A stretch of DNA of 54,950 nt from IMG/VR virus record IMGVR_UViG_3300017971_000060; one strand, given 5' to 3'. Both the position numbers and the translations under genes were made by a program. Below are positions 50,571 to 54,950 of this stretch, one piece after another (positions within the stretch are counted from its first letter, which is position 1; each line of letters begins with the position of its first letter). The notes beneath the pieces were generated by a model that saw only the letters and a list, made by a program, of their open reading frames with translations, was not told the DNA's origin and ran no database searches. The stretch is from a virus.

Positions 50571-51023
50571 ATGTCCAACCAAGAGGTGATGAAGATGAAC
50601 GAAGAGCGCGAAAGAGAACTGAGAGAAAGAGAAGAACGGCTGACAGAACTTGTCCGGCAATTTGGTGTTAGTTGTCAACAGGCGGCTCAGGCCATGCAGA
50701 AGTTTGGTGAGTTGGTAGCCAAGATGAATTTGGAGCCAGAGCCAGAGCAGGAAGAAGACACCGGGCCAAAGACGTTGTTTGGTGGTCGGCCTGACAGGAC
50801 GATACCAGCGGGTGCCAAGTTTGGAGAGCAGAAAGACCAAGTTATTCAATTTCCAAAGGGCATGACAGAGAATATGGCAATACAGCACATTGCTGAGTCA
50901 CGGTGCCCATTCTGCTTACAGTCAGGGCTTGACCGTGACCTCATGAGCGAAAAGTACTATTGTACTTCCTGTCAGGCTGTCTTTGGCCCTGCTGGAGAAG
51001 GGGCGCGTTATGGGAAAGCGTGA
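50571..51023 (+). CDS. Coiled-coil + zinc-ribbon protein, 150 aa (start may be ATG 50595)
   Basis: CPFCLQSG...YYCTSCQAVF. The AAGAGG RBS favours ATG 50595. Confidence 0.55.
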   Translation: MSNQEVMKMNEERERELREREERLTELVRQFGVSCQQAAQAMQKFGELVAKMNLEPEPEQEEDTGPKTLFGGRPDRTIPAGAKFGEQKDQVIQFPKGMTENMAIQHIAESRCPFCLQSGLDRDLMSEKYYCTSCQAVFGPAGEGARYGKA

Positions 51024-51300
51024 TGAACTGAACCCGGCTCACCCTGTCACACAAGCTATGTCAGACCAGTGGCATACTCTGTGTGCGCTTCTCCTTAACA
51101 GGATAGCACCGGACACACTTGAGACTGTCCTGACTAAGGAAGAGATAGAGCAACTTAGCACTACACCGGCAGGGCCATCCCCTGTCCTGACGGTGTATGA
51201 AAGAGAAGACGGCTTGCACTTGAAACTGGTCAGTAGAGCCGAAGGGGAAGCAATAGCACAGGCCGAACACAAACAGCTTACGGGTGGCAAAAACCACTGA
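51010..51300 (+). CDS. Hypothetical protein, 96 aa
   Basis: ATG 51010 lies downstream of ctggagaag. Overlaps the upstream stop. Confidence 0.5.
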   Translation: MGKRDELNPAHPVTQAMSDQWHTLCALLLNRIAPDTLETVLTKEEIEQLSTTPAGPSPVLTVYEREDGLHLKLVSRAEGEAIAQAEHKQLTGGKNH

Positions 51301-51338
51301 ATCTGTTATAATAGCAGTGTTTAACTCAGGAGATGAAT

Positions 51339-51827
51339 ATGGCAAAGACTAATCTGATAGTAGACTTGGACGGCACACTAGCGCTGGATGACCACCGAAG
51401 ACCTATGATAGAGTCACACGGTTGGGGCGCGTACTTTGATTTGTGCCACAATGACGAACTGAACCAGCCGGTACTCATGATTATTGAACGGTTCTGGATG
51501 ACACACAATGTCCACATCTTTACGGGCCGCGCTGACTCTACAAGGGCAGCAACAGAAGAGTGGTTGCAGGCGCACTTTGTGCCACACTCCAGCCTTGAGA
51601 TGCGTCCAAGTGCAGGAGTAGACATGAACAGCGGTTCACAGGCCGCACTCGGTTGTGACAAGAACTGGAAAGGCGCACTACTAGAGAAGCATGACCTCAC
51701 CCCTGACAACGTGGAATTCGTGTTGGATGACAGGGATGACATGGTTGCATGGTGGCGTGACCGGGGCTTTACGTGCTTTCAAGTTAGAGCGCAAGGCCAG
51801 ATGTATCACACTGACCGGGAAGAGTAG
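51339..51827 (+). CDS. HAD-superfamily phosphatase resembling the T4 Pnkp 3'-phosphatase / nucleotidase domain, 162 aa
   Basis: Motif I VDLDGTLA, motif II FTGR, and C-terminal LDDRDDMVAWWRDRGFTCFQV. GGAG lies 6 nt upstream of ATG 51339. Confidence 0.65.
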   Translation: MAKTNLIVDLDGTLALDDHRRPMIESHGWGAYFDLCHNDELNQPVLMIIERFWMTHNVHIFTGRADSTRAATEEWLQAHFVPHSSLEMRPSAGVDMNSGSQAALGCDKNWKGALLEKHDLTPDNVEFVLDDRDDMVAWWRDRGFTCFQVRAQGQMYHTDREE

Positions 51828-51901
51828 GTACGTACTGTTGTACAGTCATACACTGCTAGGGTGTATGGCTGTACTATACTACGCTGTATGTACCTACAGG
51901 C

Positions 51902-52065
51902 AAAAATCCCTATGAAATCAGGTAGTACATTACTACAGTTTCTGGACAGTACGTACCTACTGTCAAAAATCCCTATGAAATCAGATAGTACATTACTACA
52001 GCGGGTGAGTAGTATGTACGTATTGGTTAAAAATCCCTATGAAATCAGGTAGTACATTACTACAG
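51902..52065 (+). repeat. Three copies of a 37-bp repeat AAAAATCCCTATGAAATCAG(G/A)TAGTACATTACTACAG, each containing palindrome GTAGTA-CAT-TACTAC
   Basis: Copies at 51902-51938, 51965-52001 and 52029-52065 (one mismatch). Read directly. Period 63-64 bp. Confidence 0.9.
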
Positions 52066-52075
52066 GAGAACAGCA

Positions 52076-52285
52076 ATGGCGGCAAGCAGGAAAGGTGAAA
52101 TGGTCACTCACACTTCAGCAGTAGGTGAGATGTTGTGTGACAGGTGCGATAGTATTGTACGACCTTCTATGTTAGAGGGTAGGTGGTGGTGTGACGGGTG
52201 CGACTCTGACCCTACAGTACAGACCTTGACCTCACACGTACACAAAGGGGCTAAAGTAACAGTGACCAAGAGGAAACGGAAATGA
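52076..52285 (+). CDS. Zinc-ribbon protein, 69 aa
   Basis: CDRCDS...WWCDGCDS. RBS caGGAGAACAGCAATG begins inside repeat copy 3. Confidence 0.6.
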   Translation: MAASRKGEMVTHTSAVGEMLCDRCDSIVRPSMLEGRWWCDGCDSDPTVQTLTSHVHKGAKVTVTKRKRK

Positions 52286-52632
52286 CAGTGAACAGACGCA
52301 CATTCTTAAAGTTTCTCGGGTTAACAGGGCCGGGGGCGCTAACTATAGTCAGGTCGAATCCACTAAAAGCTGAAGTAGGGGTGGACAGAAAACAAGAGCA
52401 ATACAGAACAGGAAACAGGGAAGAGATAGCAGGAAAGACACAAAACTGGATGAAGGCCAAAGTCTTCAACGCCGATACAGGCGAAGAACTGAAACACGTA
52501 GTAGAGGCCAACGAAAAGACCGGGCGGGTAGTGAAGTTCGCACTTGACAAAGATGGAAACATCAGGCATACTCGCGATGACATCCTACATGAAACTGTTT
52601 ATATGAGGGTGCGAATAGAAAGACCCACTTAA
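52282..52632 (+). CDS. Small protein with twin-arginine (Tat) signal peptide, 116 aa
   Basis: MTVNRRTFLKFLGLTGPGALTIVRSNPLKA|E matches S/T-R-R-x-F-L-K followed by an h-region and an A-x-A-like site. Confidence 0.6.
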   Translation: MTVNRRTFLKFLGLTGPGALTIVRSNPLKAEVGVDRKQEQYRTGNREEIAGKTQNWMKAKVFNADTGEELKHVVEANEKTGRVVKFALDKDGNIRHTRDDILHETVYMRVRIERPT

Positions 52633-52650
52633 CCGAACTGGAGAACTGGC

Positions 52651-53142
52651 ATGACAACAAAAACTATGACTGTAGTGGAAGAGGTCTTCCGCTGGTTAGA
52701 ATCTAACCCTGAAGTGCGGGTGTTCTGTACGAAGAAAATACACGAAAACTTACCATGGTTGGACAGCAACCGCATTTCATCGGCTCTGTCTCTATTCTGT
52801 AAGGAAACCCGGTTGAGGCTCATTGGCGTGACTGGCGCTAACAAGGCCAACGTGTACGAACGTACTGACCTGTTCGACTCACCCCGCAAGTTTGCCGGGG
52901 GCAGGAAGTACGCACCCCGCAACATCAAGCCGGGGTGTAAGGTGCCTGTCAACGAAGACCGCGAAAAACTACCACTGCTGGACGAAGACGGCAACCCGGT
53001 ACCAGAACCGGAAACTGAACCCACCATAACCAACAGGGAGAGACTACTACAGAAGTTGGAAGAGCTAACCGAACGCCAGTTGCAACTAGCTACAGAGATA
53101 GAAGGGTTGCAGCGTTTTGTAAGGGACGAAATCATACTATAG
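52651..53142 (+). CDS. Hypothetical protein with possible winged-helix N-terminus, 163 aa
   Basis: TIR aactggagaactggcATG. Confidence 0.7.
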   Translation: MTTKTMTVVEEVFRWLESNPEVRVFCTKKIHENLPWLDSNRISSALSLFCKETRLRLIGVTGANKANVYERTDLFDSPRKFAGGRKYAPRNIKPGCKVPVNEDREKLPLLDEDGNPVPEPETEPTITNRERLLQKLEELTERQLQLATEIEGLQRFVRDEIIL

Positions 53143-53155
53143 GAGTAGTGCGAAA

Positions 53156-53335
53156 ATGTTGAGAAAAAAGCGCTTGAACAAGAACACCCCCATCCTGACC
53201 AGAGAGCAGATGGAAGACTACCATGACTGGGTGGATGAACCAATGATGAAACCAACGGCCAAACAAGCCATACTCGGTGTTGCTATATCTGTAGTGTTCT
53301 TGTTCCTGTTGGCACTTTTCACACTACGATTGTAG
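53156..53335 (+). CDS. Tail-anchored small membrane protein, 59 aa (below ORF-track cutoff)
   Basis: GGAG lies 10 nt upstream of ATG 53156. C-terminal TMD AILGVAISVVFLFLLALFTL. Confidence 0.45.
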   Translation: MLRKKRLNKNTPILTREQMEDYHDWVDEPMMKPTAKQAILGVAISVVFLFLLALFTLRL

Positions 53336-53552
53336 TGCGAAAAAATCTTTCACGGTTTAGTGTAAGTGCCTGTTCTGCTACGGAAAGAAAATTCAATTTT
53401 TCTTTTCGTAGCGGTTCAGGCACTTATGCGTTGGGATAGTGTAAGCCACTGTTCGTGTACGAAAAGAAAAAACTTGACATTTACGCCAAGGTGCGTAGAA
53501 TATTCCCCATGGTCGAGTGACCTGACAACCTAAACCGAACTGGAGAACTGAC
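53336..53552 (+). promoter_or_regulatory. Intergenic cassette copy 6: rearranged long hairpin (ggaaagaaaa/ttttcttttc at the apex), TTGACA(53474-53479)-16 nt-TAGAAT(53496-53501), invariant TIR
   Basis: Read directly. Confidence 0.6.
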
Positions 53553-54023
53553 ATGGCTTACACAACTTTCGACATCGCAAACGCTTCCTCTTCTTATGAC
53601 GTTGACGTTTACTGCAAGACCCTCAAGGTAGTCAAGGTGAAGACTGCACGCTGGTTGCTCTGTGAGAATGACGGCACCGTGGTTTTCTCTGCACGGTCTG
53701 AGGGTGAGATTCTGAACCGGGCTGGCAAGTTGGAGATTCGTCGCAGCCGGGGCAACCTGAATGGCTTCCGCTTTGGCTCTAAGATCGAAGTTGAGACCGT
53801 TGTTGCTTACGCTGACCGGGTTTGGGGTGGCATGTACGAACTGACTGCCACACGGTTTGACGGTCACTACTGGTGGACTAAGGTAGTAGACGCTGAGACC
53901 GGCACCGTTTCTGAAGAGGTTCGCGCTGATTACTTCATCAACTACATGCGCATTCCTCACAACGTCGAAACTGAACTGGCCGTTGAACTGGCCGCTTCAC
54001 AGGGCGCTCGTTTCGAGGACTAA
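53553..54023 (+). CDS. Hypothetical protein, 156 aa
   Basis: Invariant TIR aactggagaactgacATG. Confidence 0.7.
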   Translation: MAYTTFDIANASSSYDVDVYCKTLKVVKVKTARWLLCENDGTVVFSARSEGEILNRAGKLEIRRSRGNLNGFRFGSKIEVETVVAYADRVWGGMYELTATRFDGHYWWTKVVDAETGTVSEEVRADYFINYMRIPHNVETELAVELAASQGARFED

Positions 54024-54063
54024 CAGGATAGCACCAACGGGCCAAGGATGGCCCCTCAACCTA
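54021..54063 (+). repeat. 43-bp post-gene element, copy 1 (taacaggatagcaccaacgggccaaggatggcccctcaaccta) with hairpin gggcca-agga-tggccc
   Basis: Identical to 54267-54309. In both copies it starts with the stop codon TAA. Confidence 0.85.
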
Positions 54064-54086
54064 ACAGACTAGACTGGAGAACTGAC

Positions 54087-54269
54087 ATGAGTTTACCAAC
54101 AAACGGACAACAGCAGATGCTTGACCAGTGGGAAGTTGAAGCTGAAGTCAGGAAAGTAGCAGACAACGGACAGGCCGCACGACAGGAAGGCAAGAGTCTG
54201 GAAGACAACCCCCACATGACCAACTCTTTGCAGTGGGAAGCGTGGCGGGCCGGGTGGCACAGAGTCTAA
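54087..54269 (+). CDS. Hypothetical protein, 60 aa
   Basis: ATG 54087 follows gactggagaactgac. The ORF-track start at 54048 is rejected. Confidence 0.65.
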   Translation: MSLPTNGQQQMLDQWEVEAEVRKVADNGQAARQEGKSLEDNPHMTNSLQWEAWRAGWHRV

Positions 54270-54309
54270 CAGGATAGCACCAACGGGCCAAGGATGGCCC
54301 CTCAACCTA
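54267..54309 (+). repeat. 43-bp post-gene element, copy 2
   Basis: Identical to 54021-54063. Confidence 0.85.
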
Positions 54310-54324
54310 CAGAGGTAGCATGAC

Positions 54325-54516
54325 ATGGCAAGACGCAAATTCAGTAAGAAGGGCTTCAAAGACGCTATTCCTACAGATGTAGAACTGGAGAGAATTTCCA
54401 GACAGGTGCAAAAGCAGGTTACGGACAGTTCTGACCCGATTGTTGACGGGGCCATTAACACCGCTGACCAGATTTTGACCGGGGCCAAACGGCTCTTTGG
54501 ACGCAAGAAACGGTAA
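54325..54516 (+). CDS. Hypothetical basic protein, 63 aa
   Basis: ORF with AGAGG RBS. Confidence 0.5.
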   Translation: MARRKFSKKGFKDAIPTDVELERISRQVQKQVTDSSDPIVDGAINTADQILTGAKRLFGRKKR

Positions 54517-54626
54517 CTGACTGTTTGTGTAACGAAAGAAAAAACTTGACAAACGGAAACAACTCCCTCATAATCTCTTCCACGGTCTGTTGAGACCGGA
54601 CAACCTAACCGAACTGGAGAACTGAC
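54517..54626 (+). promoter_or_regulatory. Intergenic cassette copy 7 (half hairpin): TTGACA(54546-54551)-17 nt-CATAAT(54569-54574), leader hairpin cggtctgttgagaccg, invariant TIR
   Basis: From the -35 hexamer to the leader hairpin it is near-identical to copy 1. Confidence 0.65.
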
Positions 54627-54950
54627 ATGAACCAAGCAAACGACAAAATCCTTGACCGTATCCGCAAACTGCTGGCAATGGCTGGCGACACTTCCAGCCC
54701 GAACGAAGCAGCTATAGCAGCAAAGCGGGCGCGGGCGCTGATGGACAAGCACCAAGTTAGTGACGTTGACCTGACTACCCTTGACGCTTCTGACATGGGC
54801 AGCAAGGTCACCAACCTGAAGCAGAAGACCAACAACCTGTTTACCTCTGTCCTGTCAGTGGCTGTTGCTACTTACAATGACTGTCAGGTGCGCTATGTTC
54901 GCAGTGACAGGGGCTTCTTGGAACTGAAATTTGAGGGTATGCTGGTTGAC
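54627..54950 (+). CDS. 5' part of the DUF2786-like early protein (continues at base 124 = after the terminal overlap)
   Basis: ILDRIRKLLAMAGDTSSPNEAAIAAKRARALMDKH matches the DUF2786 signature. Invariant TIR. The frame is open to the window end. Confidence 0.75.
   Translation, partial: MNQANDKILDRIRKLLAMAGDTSSPNEAAIAAKRARALMDKHQVSDVDLTTLDASDMGSKVTNLKQKTNNLFTSVLSVAVATYNDCQVRYVRSDRGFLELKFEGMLVD
54828..54950. repeat. Terminal overlap, second copy (identical to 1-123)
   Basis: Read directly. Confidence 0.95.

Noticed and set aside
51861-52052. 63-aa ORF reading through the three repeats (repeating KIPMKSGSTLLQ)
   Set aside because: It is a translation artefact of the tandem DNA repeats, has no RBS, and lies in an otherwise structured non-coding region.
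51902-52065. Mini-CRISPR array (37-bp repeats, 26-27-bp spacers) or solitary CRISPR-repeat mimic
   Set aside because: There are only three copies. The supposed spacers are related to one another (gtatgtacctac / gtacgtacctac / gtatgtacgtat), so the unit is a ~64-bp tandem repeat. No cas genes or leader are present. A repeat-mimic role could only be tested against host CRISPR repeats, which I cannot see.
51902-52065. N4-type hairpin promoters (6-bp stem, 3-nt loop) read by a virion RNA polymerase
   Set aside because: No single-subunit or giant virion RNAP gene exists in the genome. The largest protein is a clear tape measure. The idea is kept only as a remote analogy.
52629-53255. 208-aa Ser-rich minus-strand ORF, and the similar 220-aa ORF at 54093-54755
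   Set aside because: Both are antisense to plus-strand genes that carry the invariant TIR, and both run through promoter cassettes. They are compositionally biased shadow ORFs.

Overview
The window is a complete, self-closing genome of a tailed dsDNA phage. Bases 1-123 are identical to 54828-54950, giving a unique length of 54,827 bp. The virion module is siphovirus-type: a TP901-like tape measure, a G/GT chaperone frameshift and no sheath gene. The host is probably Gram-negative, judged from overlapped Rz/Rz1-type spanins and sigma70-consensus promoters. No integrase, repressor or phage RNA polymerase gene is recognisable.

Two divergent transcription blocks leave a ~500-bp non-coding control region at 46832-47333. 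The rightward block (+ strand) carries an AEP-primase/SF3-helicase and about 20 small early genes. It wraps through coordinate 1 and continues into terminase, head, neck, tail and lysis genes up to 27027. The leftward block (- strand, 46831 down to 27140) carries replication, recombination and nucleotide-metabolism genes. These include a Cas4-like nuclease, a DUF2815 SSB, a family A DNA polymerase, VRR-NUC, SNF2 and DUF932. The two blocks converge on a bidirectional terminator at 27093-27121.

Most notable features:
1. A four-gene operon (29329-32605) encodes a MazG-like/thymidylate-kinase-like fusion, a small-molecule-type O-methyltransferase, a thymidylate-synthase-fold enzyme with Asp at the uracil/cytosine specificity position, and a dCMP deaminase. 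Together with a peptidase-U32-like Fe-S protein at 40258-41379, this points to a possibly undescribed pyrimidine hypermodification of the virion DNA.
2. A repeated intergenic cassette combines a long hairpin, an A-rich tract, a near-consensus sigma70 promoter, a 5' leader hairpin and an almost invariant translation-initiation region, ACTGGAGAACTGACATG, used by about 20 genes on both strands.
3. Structured non-coding regions include 3 x 37-bp palindrome-containing repeats at 51902-52065, an AT-rich iteron/palindrome region at 50436-50566, and a 180-nt structured leader behind a perfect consensus promoter in front of the capsid gene.
4. An atypical tRNA-like element overlaps the o-spanin stop codon.

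All protein family calls are by-eye motif recognition. No database search was run.
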